64,000 bases of DNA from a candidate division FCPU426 bacterium. GTDB taxonomy: Bacteria > Oederibacteriota > Muellerivitia > Muellerivitales > Muellerivitaceae. The notes below the pieces were generated by a model. It saw only the letters and a program-made list of their open reading frames with translations, was not told where the DNA came from and ran no database searches. Location: NCBI GenBank assembly GCA_963830915.1, contig CAWHOE010000006.1, forward strand, positions 160,001 to 224,000. Reading direction: 5' to 3'. The translations under genes were made by a program, and so were the position numbers. Below are positions 16,729 to 27,529 of the stretch, piece by piece (position 1 is the stretch's first letter; each line of letters starts with the position of its first letter).

Positions 16729-17733
16729 TTATTTTACGGCCGTTCGGCAGGCTTGCAATACAACTTTCAAGGCCTTGGACAGGGGACCTGGTAACGTCGC
16801 CCCGGCGGCGTAGATATGTCCGCCTCCCCCGAATCGTTTGGCGATCGTCGCAACATTGGCCCCGTTCCTGCCCCTCAAAGAAAGCTTGATCTTGCGGTCA
16901 GGACGCTCTTTCAAGAAAACCGCGATCTGGACCTTGTCCAGTTTGCGAACGAAATTGATGAGGTTGTCCGTGTCGTCTTCCTTCGCGCCCGATCGTTTGA
17001 AATCCGCGTGAGTGAGGACCATCGAACCAACGAGGTCCTGTTCATGGGTCTGGATGGTTCCCAAGGCCCGGCGGATAAGGTCCATGGCCTCCCTGCTCAC
17101 GCCCGCGAAGACCTGGTCACTGACCTTTTGCGCTTCCACACCCGCTTCCACCAGATCGGCGGCCATCCGCAGTACCTTCGGGGTCGTATTGGAATATCGG
17201 AACCCGCCAGTATCGGTGATCAGGGAGGTATAGAGGCTCTCGGCGATGGGTTGGTCGATCTTGATCTTCAAGGCCCGGATCAGGTCATGGATGATCTCGC
17301 CGGTCGCCGAGGCCTGGGGCAGGACCAAGTTGTAATCCCCGAAAAGGTCGTTGGAAAAATGATGGTCGATATTGACCAGGGTGGAGAATTCTTCCCTTCG
17401 GACCCCTTCTCGGATACGCGAGAAATCCCCAGCGTCCAGGACAAAACAAACCTCATGGGGCGGAATCCGGTCGCTGGAATGGTAGTAAGGCCGGAACGGC
17501 AGATAGGCGAACCGTTGGGGAAGAGGATCATGGTTGACTACCCGGACCTTTTTACCCAATTTCCTCAGGGCCAGGAAAAGCGCCGATTCCGCTCCCAATC
17601 CGTCGCCATCCGGGTTCTCGTGGGTAGTGATCAGAAAAGAATGATGGTTTTGGATGACGCCGATAACTTCCCCGTACTGGTTATCAGCCGGGGACCGTAA
17701 CGCCTTGGGTCGCTTGCTACTCTTGGCCTTCAT
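16729..17733 (-). CDS. nrnA: DHH/DHHA1 phosphoesterase (oligoribonuclease/PAP phosphatase)
   Basis: HENPDGDG, NIDHH, TDTGGF, GGGGH motifs; located between rbfA and truB. Confidence 0.9.
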   Translation of the reverse strand: MKAKSSKRPKALRSPADNQYGEVIGVIQNHHSFLITTHENPDGDGLGAESALFLALRKLGKKVRVVNHDPLPQRFAYLPFRPYYHSSDRIPPHEVCFVLDAGDFSRIREGVRREEFSTLVNIDHHFSNDLFGDYNLVLPQASATGEIIHDLIRALKIKIDQPIAESLYTSLITDTGGFRYSNTTPKVLRMAADLVEAGVEAQKVSDQVFAGVSREAMDLIRRALGTIQTHEQDLVGSMVLTHADFKRSGAKEDDTDNLINFVRKLDKVQIAVFLKERPDRKIKLSLRGRNGANVATIAKRFGGGGHIYAAGATLPGPLSKALKVVLQACRTAVK

Positions 17734-18088
17734 CTTTGGGCTTTTCCTTTTCCTTCAGTTCGTTCAAAATCCCCCTGATCTTGATGGCATGGTCCAGGGA
17801 TGTATCCAGGTAGAATTGGATCTCGGGAGTATAGCGTAATTGCAGGCGGCGGCCCAGTTCCCCGCGCAAATAACCCTTTGCCCTCATCAGGCCATCCATG
17901 GATTCTTTTCGGGTCTTTTCATCCCCCAGGATGGAAACGAAGATCTTGGAAAAACGCAGGTCGTCGGTGGTCTCGACCAAGGTGACGGTCACGAAGTGGA
18001 TCCCAGGGTCCTTGACTTCCTGAGTCAGCATGACGCTGATCTCTCGTTTGATGGATTCGGAAACCCGATCGGCCCTCTTAAAGCTCAT
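17717..18088 (-). CDS. rbfA: Ribosome-binding factor A
   Basis: RADRVSESIKREIS, KDPGI, LRYTPEIQFYLD. Confidence 0.97.
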   Translation of the reverse strand: MSFKRADRVSESIKREISVMLTQEVKDPGIHFVTVTLVETTDDLRFSKIFVSILGDEKTRKESMDGLMRAKGYLRGELGRRLQLRYTPEIQFYLDTSLDHAIKIRGILNELKEKEKPKDEGQE

Positions 18089-18154
18089 GATCAACCCCTG
18101 GAAAGCTCAGCCTTTGAATTGGATGGTTAAGTCGTGAAACATGCCGACCCGCGA

Positions 18155-20443
18155 TCAATCGACCAATTTCTGGGCTACCGCTTCCAGGATATAGGCTTCC
18201 AACTGGTCGCCCACCTGGACATCCTCGAAATTGTCGATGACGATACCGCACTCATAACCGTTGGCCACTTCCTTGACGTCATCTTTGAAGCGTTTCAGGG
18301 AACCCACCGACCCCTCGTGGATCAGTTGATCCGCTCTCACCACTTTGATCTTGGATTTATTGGTGATCTTGCCGGAGGAGATCATGCAGCCAGCCACCAC
18401 CCCTTTGGGTGTATTGAACAATTGCCTCACCTCGGCTTTACCGATGGAAACCTGGCGATAGGTCGGTTCCAAAAGACCTTCCATAGCCTTACGAACGTCC
18501 TCTACCGCGTCATAGATGATCTTGTAGACACGGACGTCCACATCCTCTTTTTCGGCGGTGGTCTTGGCGGTGTTATCCACCTTTACGTTGAAACCCACCA
18601 CGATGGCGTTGGAGGCCGAGGCCAAAAGGATGTCCGAATTCACGATGTTGCCGGTCGCGCTGTGGATGACTCTCAAGGCCACCTTTTCGGTCGAAATCTT
18701 TTCCAGGGACGAGGTGAGTGCTTCCACCGACCCCTGTACGTCGCCCTTCACGATGACCTTCAGTTCCTTGATCTGCCCTTCCTTGATCTGCTCGAAGAGA
18801 TTGTCCAAGGTGATATGCTTCATGGCCCCGACCAGTCGGTTGTCCTTCAAGGCCTCGACCCGGCGGGAGGATATCTCGCGGGCGATCTTGGGATCGGTCA
18901 CGACGTAGAATATATCCCCGGCTTGGGGAACTTCGCTTAAGCCAAGGATCTCCACCGGCATGGTGGGGCCTGCGGATTTCACGGGTTTACCCAAGTCGTC
19001 GTGCATGGCCTTGATGCGGCCATAGGTACTGCCAGCCAGGAGATTTTCACCGACCCTCAGCGTCCCTTTTTCCACCAACAGGGTAGCGACCGGTCCTCGA
19101 CCCTTGTCCAACCTAGCTTCCAGGACCACGCCTTTGCCCGGACGGTTGGGGTTGGCTTTGAGTTCCAGTACCTCGGCCTGTAAGAGGATCATTTCCAGGA
19201 GTTTTTCCAGATTCATCCGTTTTTTCGCCGACACTTCCACAAATATGGTCGTCCCACCCCATTCCTCAGGCTGCAGCCCTCGTTCGGCTAATTGGGATTT
19301 GACACGGTCCGGATTGGCTTCCGGTTTGTCGATCTTGTTGATGGCCACCACGATGGGGACCTTAGCTTCCTTGGCGTGATCGATGGCTTCCAAAGTTTGG
19401 GGCATGACGCCGTCATCGGCCGCGACCACCAGCACCACGATGTCCGTGGCTTTGGCGCCGCGGGCCCTCATAAGCGTAAAGGCCTCATGGCCCGGGGTGT
19501 CCAGGAAGGTGATGGTTCCTTTGTCATGTTTGACCTGATAAGCGCCGATATGCTGGGTGATACCTCCCGCTTCCCCTTCGGCCACCTTCGTCTTGCGGAT
19601 AGCGTCCAATAAAAGGGTCTTTCCATGATCAACGTGGCCCATGATCGTGACCACAGGTGAACGGGGCGACATATCCTTCGGGTCATCGGGGGCTTCCTCG
19701 AACATCTCCGCTCCGTACAGGGGGACCACTTCCACGATAGCGTCATGGGCGGAGGCCAAGGTCTCGGCCACCGTCAGGTCCATGCGTTGATTGATGGTAG
19801 CGAGTATCTTGAGGTCCAGTAATTCCTTGATCAGAACCCCAGCCTTGACGTTCAATTTCTGGGCTAATTCGGCGACTGTGATACCTTCAGTGACTTTGAT
19901 CTTGGTCAGTACCTTCGGCGGGGCTTCCACTCCTTCTGGGAGCGTTCCATCGGCCAAAGGTTTGTCGACCTGGGTTTCTTCCTTCGAAACAGCGGAGGTT
20001 ACCGATTTGGGTCTTCCCGCGGCCAAACCATGCCCACCTTTACCATGGGAAGGTTTGGGCCCTGAGGACTTACGAGCGGGTGTGGGTTTATAGGCCGCCG
20101 GCCTAGGCTGGCCCGCTTTGGGCGCCGGGTAGGTGGCGGTCGGCGCTGTCAAATTGGCCGAGGGTTTAGGATTCATGCGGGGTTGCGGCGTGGTTGGGGC
20201 GGTCGTGGAAGACGGGGGCGTCTTAATCCCGGTTGATTTAACGGGCGCGGCCGGCGGCGGCGCGCTGGCGGCGGCGCTGACCAAATCCGCCATTCCCAAG
20301 TCCCTGCGGATGTCCGATTGGATCTTCTCATCCACAATGGTCAGCTGGCTAGGGATATGGAACCCCAGTTTCTTGCACCTCTCCAGCACTTCCTTGCTGG
20401 AAAGGCCCAGCTCCTTAGCGAATTCGAAAAGGCGTTTACCCAT
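18155..20443 (-). CDS. infB: Translation initiation factor IF-2
   Basis: [39 protein letters not shown]. Confidence 0.98.
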   Translation of the reverse strand: MGKRLFEFAKELGLSSKEVLERCKKLGFHIPSQLTIVDEKIQSDIRRDLGMADLVSAAASAPPPAAPVKSTGIKTPPSSTTAPTTPQPRMNPKPSANLTAPTATYPAPKAGQPRPAAYKPTPARKSSGPKPSHGKGGHGLAAGRPKSVTSAVSKEETQVDKPLADGTLPEGVEAPPKVLTKIKVTEGITVAELAQKLNVKAGVLIKELLDLKILATINQRMDLTVAETLASAHDAIVEVVPLYGAEMFEEAPDDPKDMSPRSPVVTIMGHVDHGKTLLLDAIRKTKVAEGEAGGITQHIGAYQVKHDKGTITFLDTPGHEAFTLMRARGAKATDIVVLVVAADDGVMPQTLEAIDHAKEAKVPIVVAINKIDKPEANPDRVKSQLAERGLQPEEWGGTTIFVEVSAKKRMNLEKLLEMILLQAEVLELKANPNRPGKGVVLEARLDKGRGPVATLLVEKGTLRVGENLLAGSTYGRIKAMHDDLGKPVKSAGPTMPVEILGLSEVPQAGDIFYVVTDPKIAREISSRRVEALKDNRLVGAMKHITLDNLFEQIKEGQIKELKVIVKGDVQGSVEALTSSLEKISTEKVALRVIHSATGNIVNSDILLASASNAIVVGFNVKVDNTAKTTAEKEDVDVRVYKIIYDAVEDVRKAMEGLLEPTYRQVSIGKAEVRQLFNTPKGVVAGCMISSGKITNKSKIKVVRADQLIHEGSVGSLKRFKDDVKEVANGYECGIVIDNFEDVQVGDQLEAYILEAVAQKLVD

Positions 20444-20449
20444 GTAGGA

Positions 20450-21772
20450 TCAATTTCCTTCCTGTTGTGGATCCTCGGCGTTCCCGTCCCCTGTCGAGGG
20501 GGAAGCGGGGATATCGGGGATCCCGTTCGTATCCTTGTTCAGATCCGGGATTGCGGGGGCCTCATCGGCCTGGACCGATCCCTCGTCGATCTCATCGGGA
20601 GGAGCGGATCTTTTTTCCTTGTCCGTGAGGGTCGCGGCCCCGGCGGAGGGGGCCTCGACCTTGGCATCGGCAATTTCCTCGGCGGTTTGCTGGGAAACCT
20701 CTTGGAAGTGGGCGTCCATGCGGGCGCGTTCTTCCTGAGCGTGCTGTTCCTCGTTCTTGATGTCGATCTTGATGCCGGTCAAGCGCGCGGCGAGCCGCGC
20801 GTTCTGGCCCTTTTTCCCGATGGCCAAAGACAGCTGGTCATTCGGAACGATGACTTCCGCCGAGGGTATCTCGGGATGGAAGATGATGCGAGATATCTTG
20901 GCTGGCGACAATGCGTTGGACAGGTAGTTATGGGGCTCCTCGTCCCAACGGACGATGTCCACCTTCTCACCGCGGATCTCGTCCACGATATTCTGCACCC
21001 GAATGCCTTTTACTCCCACACAGGCTCCGACCGCGTCCACGCGGTCATCACCCATGGAGCGAACCGATATTTTAGTGCGGGCTCCAGCTTCTCGGGCCAC
21101 GCTCTCGATCTTGACGGCGCCCTCATAGATCTCAGGCACTTCCAACTCGAACATCTTTCGCACCAGATTGGGATGGGCCCGGGTGACAATGATGGCGGGA
21201 CCCTTGAGGGTCTTTCGGACTTCCAGCACCAGGAACTTCATGCGCTCGCCGGTGGAATAACGCTCCCGGGGCACCTGTTCCTTGATGGGCATGAGAGCCT
21301 CTGCGTCGCCCAGCGAGATAATGACGTTACGTCCCTCGTAACGTAGAACACTGCCGGTAATGAGGTCCCCTTCTTTTTCCTTGAACTGGTCGTAAACGCT
21401 CTGGCGCTCGGCGTCCTGGACACGCTGAACGATGACCTGCTTGGCGGTCTGGGCGGCGATACGGCCGAATTGGTCAGCCGGTATGCGGATCTTGATGACC
21501 TCGTCCAACTGGGCATCCTTCTTGATCTTGCGCGCCTCGGCCAGGGAGATCTGTATCCCCTCGTCGGTGATGGTTTCCACGACCTCTTTCAGATAGTAAG
21601 CCCGGAACTCGTAATTGACGTCATCGAACTCTACTTCCACTTCCTGTCCCACCCCGAATATCTTCTTGGCGGCGGACGACAGAGCGGCTTGGATGGCTTC
21701 GACGAGTTTTTTCTTGTCGATGCGCTTGGTGTGCTCGATCTGGCTCATCACCAAGGCTAATTCATTGCCCAT
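20450..21772 (-). CDS. nusA: Transcription factor NusA
   Basis: FGRIAAQTAKQV, FELEVPEI, AREAGARTK, LAIGKKGQN; acidic low-complexity tail. Confidence 0.98.
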   Translation of the reverse strand: MGNELALVMSQIEHTKRIDKKKLVEAIQAALSSAAKKIFGVGQEVEVEFDDVNYEFRAYYLKEVVETITDEGIQISLAEARKIKKDAQLDEVIKIRIPADQFGRIAAQTAKQVIVQRVQDAERQSVYDQFKEKEGDLITGSVLRYEGRNVIISLGDAEALMPIKEQVPRERYSTGERMKFLVLEVRKTLKGPAIIVTRAHPNLVRKMFELEVPEIYEGAVKIESVAREAGARTKISVRSMGDDRVDAVGACVGVKGIRVQNIVDEIRGEKVDIVRWDEEPHNYLSNALSPAKISRIIFHPEIPSAEVIVPNDQLSLAIGKKGQNARLAARLTGIKIDIKNEEQHAQEERARMDAHFQEVSQQTAEEIADAKVEAPSAGAATLTDKEKRSAPPDEIDEGSVQADEAPAIPDLNKDTNGIPDIPASPSTGDGNAEDPQQEGN

Positions 21773-21799
21773 TTCCCGTTACCTCGTTCACTCGATGAC

Positions 21800-22264
21800 T
21801 TAGATTTCCACCATCAACCGGGCGGCCTTGACCGTCCGAAAAGGGACCCAGAGGGTCCTTCCTTTGTCCATGATCAACTCGACCTTGTCCTCTCGGACAT
21901 CCCCCAACCTACCCTGCAAGACCGCTGACCCTTCCAGGGGTTCCTGAAGGGTGAACCGCGCCAGCCGTCCATTGAATCGTCCGCAATCTTCCAGGTTCCT
22001 CAAGGGCCTATCCAGACCCGGCGAGGTCACCTCCAGCAAGTACGCCGTCTGGATCAGGTCCATCTCATCCAGTCTGGTTTCCATGTCCCGGCTGACGGCC
22101 GTACAATCGTCCAGGGTCACCGCCCCGGTCTTCTTGTCGATCACCAGGGTGAGAATCATCTTTTTGCCCTGTGGCCGGACCCGAAGGTCGAACAATTCCA
22201 AAAAGTTGTCTTTGACCACGGCCTCGGCGATCTTCCGAAGCTGGGCCGATTCCTGTTCGCCCAT
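21800..22264 (-). CDS. rimP: Ribosome maturation factor RimP
   Basis: TLDDCTAVSR, YLLEVTSPGLDRPL. Confidence 0.95.
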   Translation of the reverse strand: MGEQESAQLRKIAEAVVKDNFLELFDLRVRPQGKKMILTLVIDKKTGAVTLDDCTAVSRDMETRLDEMDLIQTAYLLEVTSPGLDRPLRNLEDCGRFNGRLARFTLQEPLEGSAVLQGRLGDVREDKVELIMDKGRTLWVPFRTVKAARLMVEI

Positions 22265-22404
22265 CTACCCCATGCTTTCTTTTTCAGGCGGTTTAAGCCC
22301 TATGGGTTCCATCCCCGCCAAATATTTGCCCATAAACGACAAACGGCCTTTCGGCCGTCCATGTCAGGAAAAACACAATTTGCGCGGACCCCCCTAAAAA
22401 GGGG

Positions 22405-22438
22405 AAAAAAAAAGCAGGCCGAAAAAGGGCCCACTTTT
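22405..22438 (-). promoter_or_regulatory. rimP-leader terminator-like hairpin
   Basis: Minus strand AAGTGGGCC-CTTTTTC-GGCCTGCTT plus T run, downstream of a TTGCCA-17-TAAAAC promoter (~22464-22492); resembles the AGTGGG hairpin of rimP leaders. Confidence 0.65.
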
Positions 22439-22646
22439 TGGGACAGCCTTAGATTGCGGTAATGTTTTAGCAAATTCAATGGCTTCTGGCAAGGGGAAAG
22501 GCCCTAAAAATCAATAAAATAAACGATTTTCAACCATATCCCATCCGGTTTAGTAAAAAACGCAGCTATTCCCCGGACGCTTTTTTGAGCATCACGACCA
22601 TTAGGAATATTCTATCGAAATCAGAAGAGAGGGATTCAGACCAACT

Positions 22647-25600
22647 TTAGAAAAGGGTCACCTGATTGGAATCGGGCATGTTTTTCAATCCGCCATGGGC
22701 CCGGAGGATCTCCACTACGTTTTTGTTAACCCCGCACCGTTCGACCAGGTCTTCCACGGAGGAAAAAGGCCCTTTTTGTCTTTCTTCCACGATGGCTTCC
22801 GCCGCTGTCTCACCCAGACCGGCCAGACCGATCAATGGGGGCCGGATCATCTTCTCGCCATTGGACTCCTCAAGGGCGAACAAACGGCTGTGGGACTGAT
22901 ACAGGTCCACTTTAAGGAAACGGAATCCCCGGGCATACATCTCCTCGGCCACTTCCAGCACTGAGGCCTCGTCCAGTTCCTTGTTGGTGGGTTTCTCAAT
23001 GGAACGGATCAGTTTGATGCGATCTCTCACTCTTCCCAGGCCGTCGCAGGCCACCGAAGCGTCGAACCCGGAAGCTTTGTTGGTGAAATAATCGGCGTAG
23101 AAAGCCAGGGGCTGGTGGACCTTGTACCAGGCGATACGGAAACTCATGATGCAATAAGCCACCGCGTGAGCCTTTGGAAAGATATATTTGATCTTCTTGC
23201 AGCTGTCGATGTACCAGGTCGGCGCCTTGGCGGCTGACATGGCCTTTTGATATTCGTCCTTCAGTCCCTTGCCCTTTCGCACATCCTCCATCACCTTGAA
23301 AGCCAGGGCGGAGTCCATCCCCCTCGCCATCAGGTCGTTGAGCATGTCGTCCCGGGTGGAGATGACGGTTGAAAGGGTCGCCGTGCCGCTTTTGATCAGG
23401 TCCTGAGCGTTTCCCAGCCAAACATCCGTACCATGCGCCAAACCGGAAAGCCGGACCAGATGTTCGAACTTATTAGGCTTGGTATCCCTCAACATATCCA
23501 TGGCGAAACCTGTGCCGAACTCGGGGACACCCAGGGTTCCCAGGTCCTTATCGATCTTTTCTTTTAATCCCAGCGCCGTCACCCCGGAAAAAAGGCTCAT
23601 GGTCTTCTCGTCGTTCAAGGCGATGCCCAGGGCCGAGATGCCCGTCATGTTCTCTAGGCGCTTCAGACTGGTGGGATTGTCATGTCCCAGGATGTCCAGT
23701 TTGACCAAACAGTCGTGCATACTTCGGAAGTCGAAATGGGTGGTGATGACGTCCCCATCTTTGTTATCCGCCGGGAATTGCACCGGACAAACGTCGGTGA
23801 TCTCCATGTCTTTGGGTAGGATGATGATGCCGCCGGGATGTTGACCCGTTGTCTTGGAAACCCCCGAGCATCCTTTGACCAGCCGGTTGATCTCGGCGTT
23901 TCGGACGGTCTTCCCCGCCTGCTCGACGTATTTTTTGACGAAACCATAAGCGATCTTGTCTTGGACGGCGGAAATGGTTCCCGCTCGGAAACAAAAATCC
24001 TTGCCGAAGAGCTCTTCCACATATTTATGCGCCACGTGCTGGTATTCGCCTGAAAAGTTCAGGTCGATGTCGGGCATCTTGTCGCCCTTGAAGCCCATGA
24101 ACACCTCGAAAGCAATGGAGAATCCGTCCCTGGCCATGGCTTGTCCGCATTCTGGGCAATCCTTCGGGGGCATATCCACTCCCGCCATAAAAGCGGGATT
24201 GGCCGGGAACTCGTGGTGATGACCCTTTTCGCATCGGTAGTGGGGCGGTAACGGATTGACTTCAGTGATCCCGCTCAGGAATGCCACGAAGGAACTGCCA
24301 ACACTTCCACGGCTTCCCACGATATAGCCGTCCGCCATGGATTTGCTCACCAGCTTCATGGCGATCACGTAAAGGGTGGAGAATTTGTTATTGATGATGG
24401 AATCCAGTTCTTTTTGAAGGCGCTTCTCGATCATCTCAGGCAAGGGATCGCCGTAAAGCTCATGGGCTTTCTGGGTCGCCGTCTCACGGAGCAATTCATC
24501 GGCCCCTTCCCAGTTGGGGGAAAGGGTCTGGGTGGGCAGGGGTTCCACGTCCTCGATCATCTCGGCGATCCTGCGGGGATTGGTGACCACCAGTTCGTGG
24601 GCCGTTTCCTCCCCGAAATACTCGAAATCCTTCTTCAATTCATCCGTGGTCTTGAAGAAAAGGGGCGCTTGCCGTTCCAGGCCATAGCCCATACCCGCCT
24701 GGAGGATCTTGCGGTACACATCATCCCGTGGGTCGATGAAGTGCGAATCCCCGGTGGCCAGGACCATTTTCCCCAGCTTTTTACCGGTGTCGAAAAGGAC
24801 CCGGGTGAGATCCTGGAGTTCTTCCATGCTCTTGACGATGCCTTCCTGGATCATGAATTCATTGTTGGCGCAGGGCTGGATCTCGATGTAGTCGTAGAAT
24901 TTGGCCACTTCCTCAACCGGTTTCCCCTTGTGAAGAAGGTTCTGCCAAACCTCACCCTGCTCGCAGGCGGACCCGACCACCAACCCTTCCCGGTGCTCCT
25001 CCAGCAAGGCCCTAGGAATCAGAGGGCGTTTGTAGAAATATTGCATATGGCTTTGGGAAACCAATTTATAAAGATTCTTCAACCCGGTCCGGTTCTTGAC
25101 CAGCAGGATGATGTGGTAGATAGGCATGCCCTTTTCCTTGCGGAATTCGTCCACCAGGTAGCCTTCCATGCCCAATATTAATTTGATCCCATGTTTCTTG
25201 GCGGCCTGCCTGGCCTCCGGATAGGCCTGAACCACCCCGTGATCGGTGATAGCAATGGCCGGGTGACCCCATTTGGCGGCGGTCTCGATGAGGCGGTCGA
25301 TCTTGGATAGCCCATCCATGCGGCTCATCTGGGTATGGCAATGAAGTTCGACCCTCTTCTCCGCCGCGGCGTCCGTTCGTTCCTCATCGTGCGCGATCCG
25401 CATGATGTCCCGGACGTTCAGGATCAGCTCATTATGGTTCCGTGTGTCGAATCGAAGATCGCCCCGGACCTTGATCCACTCTTTTTCCTTCAAACCGCCT
25501 TTGAACTTGCCGTCATTCTCATGGAATAGGATGAGGTCCAGGGAGTCGGTATAGTCGGTGATGGTCATCTTGATGAGATGCCGGCCACTGCGGGTCTGGC

Positions 25601-26321
25601 GCTCCTCATAATGGATGATCTCACCCTGGGCCACGAAACCCTTCTGCTCATCGTTGGCGGCGGTCATGGGCTGGGGTTCTTCGGCGATCTTCCTCCCAGC
25701 GAGGACCGTCCAGGCTGGCGCCTTGGGAGCGGCGGCAAAAGCCGCGGGTGTTTCCTCGGCGACCGCCGAGGGTTCAGGAAGGATGGAGGCGTTGACAGCC
25801 AATTCCACTTTCACGTCAGCCCCGCATCTTTTTTTCATGATCTCCTGCAGGACCTTCACGCAATCCTTGCGTTCCATCTGTTGCCGCGCGAATTCATGGG
25901 GCACTTGGATCAGCAGGTCCAGGTTTTTCACCTCCATCCGGTAAAGGGCCAGCCAGCCCTCTGCCATATCCACTTCCTCGATCAAACAGAAGACCAGGTC
26001 CTTCTCGTGGGCCAGGATGTAATCGGCCGGGGTGACCTGGGAAGGTTCATAGTGGATATCCAGGACTACCCGTTGGACGTCCTTCATGCTTTCCAGAAGA
26101 TAGCGGGAAACATTGGAATAGGTCTCAGGGGAAACGCTGGCGGGCATCTTCAATCGCAGAAGCACCACGCCCCGTTCGGGATAAACCTGGACACCCAATA
26201 ATTCGGATTGGAGGAACCGTTCTTTTTCGAAACATTGCAGGGGGATGTTCTGGATCAGCTCATAAAAGGGGCTGGTTCGGGTGTCGGTGTCAGGAGACGT
26301 TGTGCTGCTTACCGGGGTCAT
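22647..26321 (-). CDS. polC: DNA polymerase III alpha subunit, PolC type, lacking the exonuclease insert
   Basis: PolC N-terminal domain and OB fold before PHP (RVELHCHTQMSRMDG); VGSRGSVGSS, Zn finger (HYRC...CPECG), PDIDLNFSG, TTGQHPGG, KLDILGHD, FPKAHA. Confidence 0.95.
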   Translation of the reverse strand: MTPVSSTTSPDTDTRTSPFYELIQNIPLQCFEKERFLQSELLGVQVYPERGVVLLRLKMPASVSPETYSNVSRYLLESMKDVQRVVLDIHYEPSQVTPADYILAHEKDLVFCLIEEVDMAEGWLALYRMEVKNLDLLIQVPHEFARQQMERKDCVKVLQEIMKKRCGADVKVELAVNASILPEPSAVAEETPAAFAAAPKAPAWTVLAGRKIAEEPQPMTAANDEQKGFVAQGEIIHYEERQTRSGRHLIKMTITDYTDSLDLILFHENDGKFKGGLKEKEWIKVRGDLRFDTRNHNELILNVRDIMRIAHDEERTDAAAEKRVELHCHTQMSRMDGLSKIDRLIETAAKWGHPAIAITDHGVVQAYPEARQAAKKHGIKLILGMEGYLVDEFRKEKGMPIYHIILLVKNRTGLKNLYKLVSQSHMQYFYKRPLIPRALLEEHREGLVVGSACEQGEVWQNLLHKGKPVEEVAKFYDYIEIQPCANNEFMIQEGIVKSMEELQDLTRVLFDTGKKLGKMVLATGDSHFIDPRDDVYRKILQAGMGYGLERQAPLFFKTTDELKKDFEYFGEETAHELVVTNPRRIAEMIEDVEPLPTQTLSPNWEGADELLRETATQKAHELYGDPLPEMIEKRLQKELDSIINNKFSTLYVIAMKLVSKSMADGYIVGSRGSVGSSFVAFLSGITEVNPLPPHYRCEKGHHHEFPANPAFMAGVDMPPKDCPECGQAMARDGFSIAFEVFMGFKGDKMPDIDLNFSGEYQHVAHKYVEELFGKDFCFRAGTISAVQDKIAYGFVKKYVEQAGKTVRNAEINRLVKGCSGVSKTTGQHPGGIIILPKDMEITDVCPVQFPADNKDGDVITTHFDFRSMHDCLVKLDILGHDNPTSLKRLENMTGISALGIALNDEKTMSLFSGVTALGLKEKIDKDLGTLGVPEFGTGFAMDMLRDTKPNKFEHLVRLSGLAHGTDVWLGNAQDLIKSGTATLSTVISTRDDMLNDLMARGMDSALAFKVMEDVRKGKGLKDEYQKAMSAAKAPTWYIDSCKKIKYIFPKAHAVAYCIMSFRIAWYKVHQPLAFYADYFTNKASGFDASVACDGLGRVRDRIKLIRSIEKPTNKELDEASVLEVAEEMYARGFRFLKVDLYQSHSRLFALEESNGEKMIRPPLIGLAGLGETAAEAIVEERQKGPFSSVEDLVERCGVNKNVVEILRAHGGLKNMPDSNQVTLF

Positions 26322-26614
26322 CCTGCCTCCATCGACGAATATAGGGATTGGTATAAGGGGTTGGGGGCTACTTCTCGAACTATACAACCTGTGGTTTAGA
26401 TGTCAAGATTTTTAAAAACCAACCCTTATTTGGCAGCCCGAGAATAGTGAAAGTGAAAATATTTTTTCAAGGGAAGAAAAATATTTATTTTTTTCTGAGT
26501 AGCAGTTACCCAAAAGAAGCCGTATCGAAATTGAACTTCTATCGGATTTTTTTTCTTAACGATGTCGGTCATTCTTTGATGAATAACGAAAAAAGCCCGT
26601 CTTTTTTAGACCGC

Positions 26615-27529
26615 TCAAGGATCGAAATAAATCCCCAAACCCCAGTGATTGTCCTGCTGACGGTAGAACTGTCCGTATTCACTGTTTCCATTGTTATAGA
26701 GGACCGCCATTCGGACAGCCTGGTGGGAATCCTTCCTCCAAGTCCACTTCAAACCGAACTGATAGGTTTGGTCCACCACACCCCCCGCCTCATCCTTGAA
26801 CTTCAAATCGCAAGTGAAATATCCCCGTCCGAAAGTTCCAGCGATGAAATGGAAAGGATCGGTGTATAGCTCCGTCCCGCAATGGATAAAGAAAGGTTTA
26901 TCGGCTGGCGCCATATGGCCCCAATAACCCACGCCGGCGTAAAGCCTCAGATTGTCTACAGGTGTATAAGAAGAAGTGAAGCGGAAGCTTTCACGGGTAT
27001 AGATGAACCTTTGGACTGTATCGAAAAGCTCATCCCCCAGATGGGAACTGACATGGATATATTCCAGTCGGTTGGACAGATCACCTTCCGACTCGCTGAA
27101 ATACATCCCCAGATACCAATCGCTGACCCTTTCCGGGAATACCCCTCCCCCCAGTGAATCCAACTCGATGAAACTGGCGCCCTCGATCCCCCATCCCCAA
27201 TCAGGCCCGTCTTTGGGGGCCCATTGGAGGAACTCGATGGTCTTGCCGATCAAACCCTCATATCGGCTCTGGCTTGTCTGGGCAATGATGGCGCATTGGG
27301 GTTCCCTTGGGTCCCCGATCAATGAGTTGTAGAGGGGCTCGTCGGGCATGAAAATCAATCGGCTTTCCTGGGTCCAAGCGCTTTTGGGCGAGAATACTGA
27401 TCCCAAGCCCATAAATACGATAATAAAAACAAAGGTCCTTATCCGGTGCTTAAGGATCAAAATAGACCCCCAATCCCCAGTGTTCATCATGAGTCGACGC
27501 GAACTGGCCGAACTCTGAATTACCGTCAT
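26615..27529 (-). CDS. DUF1207-like exported protein, paralog 2 (start uncertain, probably ~27460)
   Basis: LIGDPREP, HVSSHLGDE, SEYGQF, terminal WGLGIYFDP. Confidence 0.7.
   Translation of the reverse strand: MTVIQSSASSRRLMMNTGDWGSILILKHRIRTFVFIIVFMGLGSVFSPKSAWTQESRLIFMPDEPLYNSLIGDPREPQCAIIAQTSQSRYEGLIGKTIEFLQWAPKDGPDWGWGIEGASFIELDSLGGGVFPERVSDWYLGMYFSESEGDLSNRLEYIHVSSHLGDELFDTVQRFIYTRESFRFTSSYTPVDNLRLYAGVGYWGHMAPADKPFFIHCGTELYTDPFHFIAGTFGRGYFTCDLKFKDEAGGVVDQTYQFGLKWTWRKDSHQAVRMAVLYNNGNSEYGQFYRQQDNHWGLGIYFDP

Noticed and set aside
22647..26321. Intein or frameshift in polC
   Set aside because: Frame is continuous, the protein is shorter rather than longer than typical, and no intein splice motifs were seen
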